The notes: a model not told the origin generated them from the sequence alone. A stretch of 64,000 nucleotides of DNA from Octopus vulgaris (GCA_951406725.2 OX597836.1:23188001-23252000); one strand, 5' to 3'; numbered from the stretch's first letter, positions 20,113 through 33,210 are shown. Made by a program: numbers and translations.

Positions 20113-23100
20113 TTATTTTTTTTTAATCTTTTTTCCTTTTGCCAACAAAGATGGGTCAATCTCTTCAGGTGTTAATCCTTTCACAGCAAATAAACGTTGG
20201 GCTCTTTCTGTCAAAGTACCTCCACATTTCATGCCTCTGTCTTGCAATGCAGCTTTTAACATATCAAGGCCTAAAACTTCAAGGTCTAGGGCACATTCAG
20301 TATTTGCCAGAACCTCTCCAACATCCTGATGTAAAAACAAAGTAAAGAACAAAATAGTTAATTATATTCTAATATCAGATTATCAATTTTCTAAAAGTGT
20401 TTTTAACTATTTCAGTAGCCTCAGCTAATTGAAATGATAGGAATCCCAATAATTGGTCAAAGAGTTATTTGTAAGTATCTCATTAACAGTGCAGTGCTGT
20501 GTTCATTCATTATAATAATAATTATAACCCAGTGACTGGCTCCGAATGATGCCAGTACCCTGATTGGCTCCTGTGCTGGTGGCATGTAAAATGCACCATC
20601 AGAATGTGTTTGTTGCCAGGCCTGCCTTACTGGCTCTGGTGCCAGTGGCACGTAAAAAGCACCAACCGATTGTGACCAATGCCAGTACCCACTGACTGGC
20701 TCCTGTACTAGTGGCACGTAAAAAGCACCATCTGAATGTGATCATTGACAGGCCTGCTTTATAGGCTCCTGTGCTGGTGGCATGTTAAAAGCACCCACTA
20801 CACTTTCGGAGTGGTTGGCATTAGGAAGGGCATCCAGCTGTAGAAACTCTACCAGACCTGATTGGAGTCTGGTTCTCCAGACCTCAGTCAAATCGTCCAA
20901 CCCATGCCAGCATGGAAAAACGGACATTAATCAATGATAATGATGATTGTTTTTGTTAAGCTGGTGAGCTGGCAGAATCATTAACATGCTGGGTAAAATG
21001 CTGAGTGGTATTTCGTCCATCTTTACATTCTGAGTTCAAGTTCCAAGGTTGACTTTACTTTTCATCCCTTTGGTGGGGTGAATAAAACAAATACCAGTTG
21101 AGTACTGGGGTCGATATAATCAACTAGCCCCACCTCTCCCAAAATTTCAGGTCTTGTGCCTACAGTAGATAAGATTATTATTGTTGTTATGGAAATTGCA
21201 GCTGTGATACCAGTGCCGGTGGTACGTAAGAGAACCATCCGAATGTGGCCGTGGCCAGCGCCGCCACGACTGGCCTTGTGCCGGTGGCACGTAAAAAGCA
21301 CCATCCGATTGTGGCCGTTGCCAGCTTTGCCTGGCCCCCGTGCCAGTGGCACGTAAAAAGCACCCACTACACTCATGGAGTGGTTGGCGTTAGGAGGGCA
21401 TCCAGCTATAGAAACATTGCCAGATCAGACTGGGCCTGGTGCAGCCTTCTGGCTTCCCAGACCCCAGTTGAACTGTCCAACCCATGCTAGCATGGAAAGC
21501 AGATGCTAAATGATGATGATGATGAAATTAATAAATCTCCCCAAAATGCAACAAAAGAAATGAATTTTATTCTTACCAATGCAGCACCATTTTGTTGAGT
21601 TGATTCATCATTATTATTGGTACAAGATGCTACCTCCTTCTCATCTTCTGTTTTGGATGTTGTTGGAGGTGGGGTTTTTGTAATGGTTGTGGATGATGAT
21701 GAGTCACCAATACTGTTATTGGTTGCGGAATTATTTGAAGAATCGGGAGATGGAGTGACTTCATGTTCAGGAGGAACAGACAGGAATTTTGTAGAGCTCA
21801 GAGAACTGTTTGAGTCTGTACAGTCATCAACTGATGTACTGCCAGCGGAGGTGGCAGCGGATGTGGATGCAGTGCAGCTGGTGCTAGGAAAGACAGTGGC
21901 AGACGGACAAGCTGTGGCAATATCAGAGTCATCAGACAAATCACTGTCACTGAGGTTGTCTTTGTTAATTCCAATCCTATAAAATTAGAGGAGAGAGAGA
22001 GAGAGAGAAATTAAATTGTATTAAAACAATCCAAAATTTAATTTTATAAAATATAAGTATGCATGTGTATTGGAAATTGGGTGTAATTTTGAAGACCTAG
22101 AAAATGCATAAGAACATTGTGCTTTACTTGAAATGCTAAAATGAGATATTGTTTATGGTAGGGAGAAAAATATTATTTTAAAAGCATGTCTTATATGAGG
22201 AGTGGAAAGAAAAATTCAAAACAATTAGTAGAGCTATTTAATTAAAAACATGAAAATAAAATATATTAAGTATAAGACGCAGCAGATATAACCAACTTTC
22301 TAATTTTGCAACCATTGCAGTATTAATTACCTCTGTAGTAAGCAATAATTCATTTATGTTTTGATTGGTCAAGAAAACTATGGTGTTGTTATATGTTGCT
22401 CATTTGCTCTTTGCTCTTTTACTTGTTTCAGTCATTTGACTGCGGCCATGCTGGAGCACCGCCTTTAATCGAGCAACTCGACCCCGGGACTTATTCTTTT
22501 TGTAAGCCCAGTATTTATTTTATCGGTCTCTTTTGCCGAACCGCTAAGTAACGGGGACATAAACACACCAGCATCAGTTGTCAAGCAATGCTAGGGGGAC
22601 AAACACAAACATACACACACATATACACATATATATACATATATACGACGGGCTTCTTTCACTTTCTGTTTACCAAATCCACTCACAAGGCTTTGGTCGG
22701 CCCGAGGCTATAGTAGAAGACACTTGCCCAAGGTGCCACGCAGTGGGACTGAACCCGGAACCATGTGGTTGGTAAACAAGCTACTTACCACACAGCCACT
22801 CATGAAATAAAGCAATAATTTATCCTCGAGTCATTTTGAACTAGAGAGCTTTAGTTCTCTATTCACATATATTAAATGTGTAAGAGTCAAATCTCTTCTA
22901 AGCAAGGATGCTAGTCTGATGGAAGTAAGAATAGAATTTATGTGAAACGGCATTCCAGCCTAGAGACAATGAAAGTCCTACATTTGTATATTATCTCACA
23001 GCAAGTGATGCCTTGGTGTCTTATTGCAACAGGATTTTCCACTGGCTTGGCTAAGTAATTCTAAAGGAAGTCTATAAGCTGAGCTGAAATTTACTGCAAG

Positions 23101-26100
23101 TGTTCTGTTGTATATTTATGCAGTGCACTTAATTCTACATCACCTCAGCCTATTTGTATTGTGAAATCTTACTGAAGATAGACAGACATCCTATCCAAGA
23201 GGAGATTTGTCACTCACCCATAAAACTGAAACTAAGAATGAGAATCTAATGGAATTAATGAAGTTAATATTTAATATTACTTGAGTTCTAAATAGTTGAG
23301 TATTACAAAAAAAAAAAAAAAAACCTGGCTCAGATACCAGGAGTCATATTTCCAATGCCATAATTCAATGCAAGTCCCTATTCTATATCTACCTTAGAAT
23401 ATAGGTATCCATCTCATGTTATCATATAAATACCGCTTTTTTTATATATAAAAAGCGTAATAAAGTTGTCTGAAGATATTAGTATATGGAGTTTCATAGG
23501 TGGTTTGTTGACGACCTTCAACGATCCTGTCTTAACAGCAACACCAACTCCTTGGATTCCTTTCTCTTCTCTTTCCACTTTGTCTCTTACAGATTTTCAT
23601 CCCTTGATGTATTTTGCACAGGGCCACGATATGAATTTTGAACTAAAAATTCTTACTTCTTGTGTTCCAAAGATCAGGCTGGTAGATGTAGATTCAATTT
23701 CGTTAGAATTTTGACTACATGAGACTGACTTTCTGGGTGTGGTTCCCCAGCCAGACATTTTAAAAATCTTATTTTACTCAAAAAGCCCAATGGGGGATAG
23801 GAAAAGGGTGATGTCAACAGATTTGGTTCTGTCTAATCTGTATGTGTGGGTTAGCAGCAGAACTGCAACAGTCACCCTTTCATAACTTATTAAGCTATTT
23901 AAGAGCGCTGGTTGTATGTCTGTGAAGTCATATTCAGGAATACAACTGCCCTCTTTCAATGGAGAAGGCCCTAGAAATGTAGATTGAAAAGTAAAAGTCA
24001 TTTGATACAGGTAGTTATTTTATGAATTAAGTGTCACATATCTATGGCTTCCTAATCAATCTTTAAGAATTTACATAAAATTACATTTCATTTATGTTCC
24101 AGGTTTATTGTGATTTAGGGAAATCAATTTGTCAATTATCCAGGGCCTAATATGAAAAATCACCCCTGTAAATCATTAGCTACACTACAAATTCTTCCAT
24201 TAATACTCTTGTTCTACATAATGTGGTTGCATTCATTAGAGCTATACATGGCCTCATGGTATACGAGAGACTGTAGTGATAAGTGTGTGAGGGAAAGCTG
24301 TGTTAGGCAAGGATGGAAAAGCATGAAATAGAAATAGTATTATTGTTATTATTATTAGAGATAGATTAAATAAAATGATTTACCAATTCCAGTGCTTGTC
24401 TAAAGATTTACTTTCCAATTTTCGTTTTTTCCCACCTTGGACACTTTCTGCAGAACTGCTATCTCCATTCCTCTTGAGGCCTGGAAAAATAAATATCCCA
24501 TTAAACAGTAAAGAAACAAACACACACGTTTATGCACACTAATGTAAGATTATCAAGGGATACAGATTTCTTGATGAAAGGGCTCAATACTGGATGTGGA
24601 GTCAAATTTATTTTATAGGAATTGCTCATGACTTCAAGTTCAGCCTCTGAAAGCTTTGTGAGTTATTTGGTGGCACTTACTATGTACCAGACAAAATCCT
24701 GGGATAGACATAATTGATTAGAACCCCTGAAGGCAGTGTTACAGTAAAAATTAAGTGAAAAGAAACATTATCCCAGTGAAAATATTAATTATTCAAGTTA
24801 AGGTCTGTAATATTAAATGTATCAGGCACTGTCATCTACTAGATAAATGTAATTATTGATGAAAAGTTATTTCTAAAATAATGATTAACATTAGTGTATC
24901 ACATATGCCACCAGGTTATGGTGGAATGAAGAGATTGAAGTGTGACCAAGTCAACTTGGCATAGCTTATATCTCAGCTAAGCAATCATTTATAAAAGTGA
25001 TAAAAGGTGCAATTTTGTTCAGTAATAAACACTCATTTAAAGCGAAACAAGGGACTTCCAAGGTGGCAATGGCTTACCTGCTGTGATCGCATCCTCAAGG
25101 TCCTGTGAGACTTTCTCTTTTTGTTTTTGATAAACTTGGTCTTCAAATTTATGTTTTGGTGTTTCTCGAAGTCGAAGAGATCTTTCTTCTCGACGTCTAG
25201 CCCGTTCTTTCTCACGCTCCACTTGTTTAGCCATCCACTCTTTCAACTGCTTCTCATTATTAATGTCTCGCATACGGCGTCCGCTCAAATCTCGGCAAGC
25301 TTCTCGGTTGGTGGTTTTCTCAATCTGGGCACCAATGGCACGTAACATTGAACCAAACCCTTCGAAAATAACACAAATATCACGAAGGAATAAAACAGCT
25401 AAAATAGCAAAGTGAAAATAAATCTAAGAAATATTTCAGGTTTTGGATATTTCTATCAAGATTCAGACAAAACACTCATAAATATTTTCTTCATATTTAT
25501 TCATAATAATCCTTTCTACTATAGGCACAAGGCCTGATGGGGGTGGGGGCTAATCAATAACTTCAATCCCAGTACTCAACTGGTACTTATTTTATCCACC
25601 CCGAAGGGATGAATGACAAAGTCATCTTTGGCAGAATTTGAACTCATAACATAAAGACTGATGAAATGCTGCTAAGCATTTTGTCTAACATGCTAATGAT
25701 TCTGCCAGCTTGCCACCTTGTTCATAATAATAATAATAATAATAATAACCATTATATACCAATGATACTGATGAGAGATCTCAAAGAAATACTTGATAGA
25801 GACTATCAATAGTGACTAAATAATAATTAATAAAGTATCTAAATAATTTCAGACTCATTAGTAACAACATTTACCATCTCTTTCAGAAATGTCATGTGTT
25901 TACTGAATGTTTGCAAGTACAGAAAGACGCACATTTCTTGTGTCTGTGTCACGAATGCAGTTTTATGGAAGCGTTCCAGGATTTCTGGACATCTTTTAAC
26001 AGGACTTATTTAAAGTTGCAAGAAAGTTAGAAAACTTTTGTTAACATAGAAGGATGATCATTCTAGTCTGATTGTCATCACCATTATCAATGAAATGTTC

Positions 26101-26568
26101 ATGGAGTGGAGATGTCTGTCTATCAACACATCTCCAGTTGTCTTTCACATCAATCTTATATACAGCAATAGCTTTCTAAGCCCTAGCCTGGTGACAAGTC
26201 TCCCCTTCAGCCAAACAGTTTGATTTGGACAACGATGGTGTACTCACCTCCTTTACCACCAACCAGTCTTGGTAGAAGCTGATAGTGACATCCAGCTTTA
26301 ATGACATCATCATCATTTAAAATATGTCCTTGACACGTTAAGTAGCAGTCATCAACCAGGAAGATCTACAAACAGTAAGGAAACAAACATAAACCATTAG
26401 AGTAAATCAAAGCATCACACAGGTTGGGCGGGACATGGAAATCAAATCTGTAAAAGACATGACAAGGAGAGAACAAATTTCTGAGACCAAAATAAAGTAA
26501 TTTGATGAAGAATAACTGATTCACAAGTGGGGGACTATATACTTATATTTATATACATATATATACAT

Positions 26569-26607
<39 letters not shown>

Positions 26608-26633
26608 TATATACATACATGCATGCACACACC

Positions 26634-26678
<45 letters not shown>

Positions 26679-29180
26679 GCATATATAGGTACAGGACATC
26701 AAAAAAAATGTGAACAAAATGAAAAGCGAGAACATAAAAAGCAAAAACATGGACAACGAACTTTTTTTCGAACAACAAAAGAAACAAATAGAGAAACGAG
26801 ACAGGCAGCATAAAGAACAATCCCTTCATCAGTTGTCCCCTTTTTTATCTACTCCACGTTTCGAACATTGGGACAAGACGCGACTTCATTAAAACAGTCC
26901 TTCCTGCAAAGCAAATTAAATAAAACTTGGGATTTGCTGAGGGTTAAAGTGGTAACAAAAACAGGACAGTAAGAACAGTCTATGTTTCTAAGCCTGCATG
27001 AGTTGGACTACAACCAGATGTCTTTCCTGTTGTCAACCATCACTTGTTTCCAGACAGGATAATATTTTCTCATGGTCAGATATGCTTCTGTAGGACATTG
27101 GGAATGAATCATACTGTTTGCGTGACAGTGACACTCATTTACAACTATCATCCAAGCAGTGTCACCCATTTCCAATATTCTGGGAAAGTCTGTCTGTATT
27201 TTCTAAACATACATAATCATTAGTGTAATGGATCTCTGTTGCTCATCGATGAGGAGGGTTCAGTTAACTGGTCAACTGACTTATCTGCTGCTACAGTAAC
27301 ATGTAATTGGTTGAGTATTCCAGACACATGTGCACTCAACATAATTCTCAGATGCAATCAGTGTAACTACTTTCTGAATTACAGGCACAATCTACTTGAT
27401 GGGCAGTTATAGAAAATGACATTTGCCCAAGATGAGATGAAGTGGAATCGAACTTGGGACGTAGTGGTTGAGAAGCGAACTTCTTAACCATTCGGCCACT
27501 CTGCATATATCACAGGCGTATTAACACTTTAATACAACAAGCCATATACGCATCTGCTAGGAGCACGAATCGAACACGAACATCACGGGAGTAAAAGAAA
27601 CCAATTGCTCCTTTAAAAAAATATATGAACAAAAATTTGAAAAGTCACACGGTTCAGATTTTAATTATTGACATGGAAATTAGAAATATGTTTCTTTACT
27701 ACCCACAAGGGGCTAAACACAGAGAGGACAAACAAGAACAGACAAACGGATTAAGTCGATTATATCGACCCCAGTGCGTAACAGGTACTTAATTTATCGA
27801 CCCCGAAAGGATGAAAGGCAAAGTCGACCTCAGCGGAATTTGAACTCAGAACGTAACGGCAGATGAAATACGGCTACGCATTTCGCCCGGCGTGCTAACG
27901 TTTCTGCCATCTCGCCGCCCTTTGACATGGAAATTAGAAATATCGAAGTATTACATTCAGCATAACAACATAATTGTCTTCATTTTAGAAAGGAAGGAAA
28001 CAATGTTTGTTTATAAAAAAAGTCGTCATAATTATCTTTATTATATTAAAAACACCAGGAGTTATTTTTTCCTCTACTTCATGGTGAAATTTCTAGAATG
28101 TAAGTTGTGTCCCCCTACACATTTCGACCATTTAAAAAAAAAAACAACTTTTCAGGTCTTCACCTATATCAATATATATATCACCTATTTTGTATTTCTA
28201 ATTAAATGTTCCAACAGTTGAAGAGTAAGGCCAGCCAAAAGACATTCGATCAAGAGTGTAATGTATCTAACATTACATTATCTACGATGCCTTTTTTTTT
28301 GTAATATTTTAACAGCGTCATTAAAAATATAATTGCTATCACAATGTTATTTTCCATCTTTTTGTCTCAATTCTGACAAGAACTTGCTATTTTCAGTAGT
28401 TGAAGAATGACATCCAATTACTAAAAAAATCAAAAGTCACCAATCTAATACTGCTTTTAGTTTGCAAATTAAAAAAAAATGTAAACACGCTCGATTTCGT
28501 ATAAGAAGGTTGAAGATTTAATAATTTCGTTTTCCTTTATCAAAATTAAAATCAAGGGGAATAATTCTGGATATAACAAGGGAAGTAATCAAACAATTAT
28601 TAATATCAGTGTGAGTGGGTACATAATTATTTTTTTTGAGCCGTTAAATTTACTTTTTTATTTCTTAAAATTTACTTTGTGTTTTGAAAGACGCTACATC
28701 TATGATCTGAGGGCGGTTTGACTACTAGTTTTAGCATATCAATTAACTATATAGACGAAAAATTTGCATCGCTAACTCGATGTGTCAACGTCCTTACTTA
28801 ATATGACAAGCCTGTAGATTAATATACAGGGCTAGATTTATCTCAAAATGTAACCTAATGGAATGAAATAATACATCAATATCTTAAATAAAAGCATTTA
28901 AACATGATTATATACACATTTATATATTATACACAAGAAATATACGGTGAATCGTTAAAATAAACCTAACAGCCAATGTATGTTTATGTATTGGTTATAT
29001 AATTTTACGGTATCATATAAACATCTGTGGAGTATATTAATAATATGTCACCTGTGGAAGAAGAGCCCCAGTCTGTAACCAACGTTTAACATCACCAATG
29101 GTTGACGGTGAGCCATAATTGTAAACAAATGACTTTCTAAATCCAGCGAGACCAAAATTTAGGAAACAACAATCAGCCAT
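20113..29180 (-). CDS. SDE2: Splicing / replication-stress regulator SDE2 (6 exons, 412 aa)
   Basis: Exons 29180-29052, 26365-26248, 25359-25078, 24480-24384, 21976-21577 and 20325-20113; GT-AG introns with phases 0,1,1,2,0 join into 1239 nt. The protein has an N-terminal UBL ending PRLVGG80|K81[33 protein letters not shown], a WIG motif, an S/T/D-rich linker and a C-terminal [32 protein letters not shown]-like domain. Confidence 0.96.
20530..20947 (+). mobile_element. Diverged (GAT)n-tailed element, four ~66-bp internal units (SDE2 intron 5)
   Basis: GTGxxxGTGGCAxGTAAAAxGCACC cores at ~20572, 20639, 20705 and 20771, then the shared 3' region. Confidence 0.75.
20960..21181 (+). mobile_element. 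Older subfamily of SINE family B (SDE2 intron 5)
   Basis: GGTGAGCTGGCAGAATC...GAGTTCAAG...TTTCATCCCTTTGG...CTTGTGCCTACAGTAGA(TTA)n. Related degenerate copies at ~7462, 25505, 30985, 38690 and 45170. Confidence 0.7.
21189..21524 (+). mobile_element. (GAT)n-tailed element, three internal units
   Basis: Very similar to 10019-10350; its tail ends ~50 bp from the SDE2 exon 5 donor. Confidence 0.85.
22414..22801 (-). mobile_element. CORE-type SINE (SDE2 intron 4)
   Basis: Near-identical to 6424-6815. Confidence 0.85.
23470..23760 (-). pseudogene. Degraded LINE AP-endonuclease fragment
   Basis: Translation [11 protein letters not shown]...[25 protein letters not shown] resembles the QE(V/T)R and GVGxAxK endonuclease motifs; it contains an internal stop. 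Confidence 0.4.
25505..25718 (-). mobile_element. Older subfamily of SINE family B (SDE2 intron 2)
   Basis: Its reverse complement aligns by eye with 20960-21181. Confidence 0.7.
26690..26975. repeat. Dispersed repeat shared with 63190-63435, probably a Penelope-type terminal repeat remnant
   Basis: Both copies have TTCATCAGTTGTC...TATCTACTCC..TTTCGA.CATT...AAATAAAA.TT.GGATTT...AACAAAA.CAGGACAGT. The class assignment is inference. Confidence 0.55.
27230..27500 (-). mobile_element. Old tRNA/CORE SINE of a third subfamily (related tail at 60230-60400)
   Basis: Head GTGGCCGAATGGTTAAG...GTTCGATTCC, then CTTGGGCAAATGTC; the tail resembles 60260-60390. Confidence 0.55.
27690..27921 (-). mobile_element. 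SINE family B, full length (SDE2 intron 1)
   Basis: 22-bp TSD TTGACATGGAAATTAGAAATAT (27668-27689, 27922-27943). Confidence 0.9.
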
Positions 29181-29266
29181 GTTGAAAAATTAATTGCTGA
29201 ATGAGCATGCGCAAACCCTGAGCATGCGTATTGTAAACGAAGGTGGGTTAATCTGAAGATGCAAAT
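29170..29266 (-). promoter_or_regulatory. Candidate SDE2 core promoter motifs
   Basis: YY1-like CAACATGGCTG over the ATG, two NRF1/Ewg-like sites TGAGCATGCGCA (29202-29213) and TGAGCATGCGTA (29219-29230), and octamer ATGCAAAT (29259-29266). Confidence 0.5.
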
Positions 29267-29504
29267 TAGGTTCGAGTTTCCGGAGGAAGGAATTTCGTTG
29301 ATTTTGACGTTAAATGGCCTTGAGAAATTTCCTTTCTCTATAAATTTGTGGCTGGATGTCCCAAAGTGGAAACCAATGTAGCTAAAGAAAAAAATTCACT
29401 ATGTTATTACAAGAAACTTCGGCAGTGTTTCGAATTAAACAATCCACTGTAACTTTTTTTCCGAAATTTTCTCCAGATTTCCAATCGGCGGAAATTACAT
29501 TAAC

Positions 29505-30436
29505 TTTTTGGTTAATGTTTACTTACACACCCTGCCATCATATTAAAAGCAACAAACAAAACAAGTGTAGTAGGTGTAAAAATATGTGTATTGAACGAAT
29601 ATGAAAGCAAAAATTTGCGCCAACGAACCGGTGGGGGTGGGGAGAGGACTTTCGGAAAATTCCCAAGATCCGATTTTTTCCCTCATAACTTATAGGAAAA
29701 TGGATATCTTTTAATGAAATGTTATATAAATACCTTTCAAACGGCATAGATTGCGATTATAAAGAAATTTTGGTGGAAATTTTTACCGGGGTGGGGGTAG
29801 GGAGGACTTTCAAAGAGAAAGAAATTCATAAATTCTTTTTTTTTGCTTCAGTGTAATGGAAAAAAGTTTTTTTAGATTCATATATTTTTTGTTTGAGAAA
29901 TAGGAAAAGGTTTTCAAAAAGATCCCATGTATCATGGTGAGAGAAATAAATTCATAAATACGGTGTGGAATATGGTTTCACTATGGAAAAAAAAAGTTAC
30001 GGGCGATTTAGCTGTTGTTTTTAGCACATCTCCACCTTTGGGATCTTTTTAAGACCCTTTTTTATTACTCAAACGAAAAATAAATGAATCTAAATATTTC
30101 TTTTTCAAACTTTTTTCCATTACACTAAAGCAAAAAAAAAAAAGAATTTATGAATTTCTTTCTCTTCGAAAGTCCCCCCCCCCCCAGGTAAAAATTTCCC
30201 CCAAAATTTCTTTATAATCGCAATCTATGCCGTTTGAAAGGTATTTATATAACATTTCATTAAAAGATATCCATTTTCCTATAAGTTATGAGGGAAAAAA
30301 TCGGATCTTGTGAATTTTCCGAAAGTCCTCTCCCCACCTGTTCGTTGGCGCAAATTTTTGCTTTCATATTCGTTTAATACACATGTTTTTTGTCTTGTTT
30401 TGGTGGCTGAGTGTTACAGTAAACATTAACAAAAAA
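29505..30436. mobile_element. Long foldback element upstream of SDE2
   Basis: Inverted arms ~29578-29927 / ~30039-30390 with long identical stretches, outer match TTAATGTTTACT / AGTAAACATTAA, and a ~110-bp spacer. A distantly similar segment lies at ~1660-1850. Confidence 0.85.
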
Positions 30437-30683
30437 ATAAAATAAAATAAAAAATAAATAAAATAAAATAAATTATATTATTTAAAAAAAAATTCTTACC
30501 GCTCCCACCATTTCTGTTTCGGAGTACACAGAGGAACGTAGTTTTTTCGTGACTTTTTCTTTTCTGATTTCTTTCCTTCCATCTGTTTTAAGCATAAGAG
30601 ATTTTGATTGTAAAAAAAAAAAAATTACTAATTACTTTTTCTATTATGAACTGAGGAATCTTCTCTTGAAACTTCACCGACGA

Positions 30684-30772
<89 letters not shown>

Positions 30773-31299
30773 AATGCAAATAAACATACGATTGAAAACT
30801 GAACAAATGAAAAAGAAACCGAAAAAGACGAACGTGAGGACGTGATCAAGAAATATAGTAATTGGGCGTTCGGTGAAGGGAGAGAGTTGTTGTAAACGTT
30901 TCGAGCATAACTCTTCGTCGGAAACAGGCAAGTCCAGAGAAAAAGAAGGAAAAATAGGAGTGGGCTAGTCACGAGCCAGAGCTGGACTGTTACTTATTCC
31001 ATTGACCCAGAAACATTGAAAGGCAAAGTCGATCTCAGTGGAATTTGCGCTCAGAGCATAGAGACAGACGAAATGGCGTTAAGTATTTTGTCCGGCATGC
31101 TAACAGTTCTGTCAAATTGTCGCCTTATGTCGAGTTATGATAAAAACAATTTAGCATTAAAGTGAAGAAGTCCGTGGAGCTACCTGCAGTCGGACGAAGA
31201 CCAGCAGGTCAAAACTTCGAAGTCACTGCTTCTCAGTTTAGAACTTGTATTTTGGCATCAAAACAATGATCGTCCATTCGCCTGTGTGTTCGTTCCTGT

Positions 31300-31990
31300 C
31301 ACTGGATTCACATAATTTTCTTGAGATTTCAACGTTAAATAGCATCATCCAAAGCCATTTAGATTCCCATAGACAGGCCATTCACCTGAATAAATCACCG
31401 AGACAATTTTTACGATCTAAGATGAAGGTCACAGTGTTTCTGTCACGCCATTGCACATAAAATATCATTCAGAGCCTTGTTTGAAACGAAAAACTTCAAG
31501 GCCCATCAATTAAAAGTTCGTGTTTGTTTCTTAGAACTGTATCATAATCTTACGAGATATGAGTCTAACTAACAATAGTCTCTCGTTATTAAATTTGTGA
31601 TGAAAACCGAAGGCTTCATCCGCCTCACATTACTCATATTATGTCAGTCGGTTATAATATTAGAAGAGTTTTCTTGTGGAATAATTGCTGTGTTCATGAA
31701 TATTTCTCTTAAAAAACAGAACTCCATTTCTGAAATGTCACACAAATTTGGATTACAGGGTAATTTGTTGTTGGTGTATTTTCCTTAAGGACAGGACACG
31801 AGATACATTTTCCATTAGGACAGCACCTTTGAAGAGAACAGAGGTACGATTCTGTACTCACCACCTTCGTCTCATTCTTTTCTTTTTTCCGTAAAAAAAC
31901 TCTCTCACGTCTGTCACAAGAATCTTCTGATTGCATTGCAATCAGAAGATTGTTTCTACGTAAAAATGCAACAGAGTTTACAACTGGCAA
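31300..31990 (-). pseudogene. Possible degraded Penelope RT fragment
   Basis: Around 31355-31400 the minus strand reads IQVNGLSMGI*MA, resembling the Penelope RT QxxGxxMGxxxAP motif. The remainder is heavily disrupted. Confidence 0.3.
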
Positions 31991-32488
31991 GATGTCCGAA
32001 AATATTTCAAGTGCCAGGCAGATGGTTGAGCCAGTTCAAGCTGATGTTCTCGGTTTGGAATTTAAGGGGACGCTAATTCTGGTAATATATCGTGGTGCTA
32101 CTACAGCGGGCTCCCTATCCCGTTATAACGAAAATGAAAGTAGAATGCCGTACCACAGTACAAAGCGAAAGTAAAATGAAATCATCAAAGTAAAAATGAA
32201 AGTAAAATGCTTCGTTATAGCAGAACTATAAAGTAATTTGCCTCACCAGAGTCAAACCAATGAAGGAAAACTGCTGCACTATAATACAGCTAAAAGGAAA
32301 ATAAAATGAAACGAACCGTTTTTGATGGCATTAGAGATGCACGGGCATATTAGATACACCTCAATTTCTGCAGTGCATATTCAGGAGAAAAGGTTTTTAA
32401 TGTATCTAAAGCATGTAATATTTAAAGCAAAATTAGCTTATGGGAAGCCCAACCTCGTATATAGGCCCTGGGGCAATTGTTTGATAAC

Positions 32489-32532
<44 letters not shown>

Positions 32533-32649
32533 CTTGCATGGTGAATACATCTTGTAATTACGGTAAGCAAATACGGTAGGTACATTTCGTAATTTCATCG
32601 TTTCTGTTTACTTTTTTTTCTGTTACTTTCTTTTAACTCTATCTCCACA

Positions 32650-32708
32650 ATACAGAAGTACAGATACAGAAGTACCGATACAGAAGTACCGATACAGAAG
32701 TACCGATA
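32650..32708. repeat. 14-bp tandem repeat
   Basis: ATACAGAAGTAC(A/C)G repeated four times. Confidence 0.85.
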
Positions 32709-33147
32709 AATTTTCTAATCATATCTTTACAAAGTGCTTGAGAAAGGATACATTTAGCATCGCAATCCTTAATCCAAAATGGCTGCACATGTATGGTTGA
32801 TGGAATTATAAAGTTCTCAAACAATTTTCTGTTGAATATTCTCATAACTACAAATTAAAAGTAAAAATTTTATGTACAAAACATAATCATTAGAATATAA
32901 AGTTGCTCGCCAAAAACGTTTAATTTTATATACTTATTTTCAGTCAATTTTATTTTCTTAAACTACAAAGCTAATTGTGTAAGACCATCAGAAAACTCCT
33001 TTTCATAAATATGAAATGCATATTTCTGATTGAGGAATGATAGAGGAGGGTTGAAATGAAATTACTGATTGGTGCGGAAATGTCAAAAGATTAGAGTACC
33101 GTTAAATTGGATAATCATAGAGGATGTGAATTTATATGTTTGAAAAG

Positions 33148-33210
<63 letters not shown>

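Noticed and set aside
23774-24001. 75-aa ORF with an acceptor-like site in SDE2 intron 4 as an extra exon
   Set aside because: SDE2 is complete and in frame without it; it ends in a stop and adjoins a degraded LINE endonuclease fragment.
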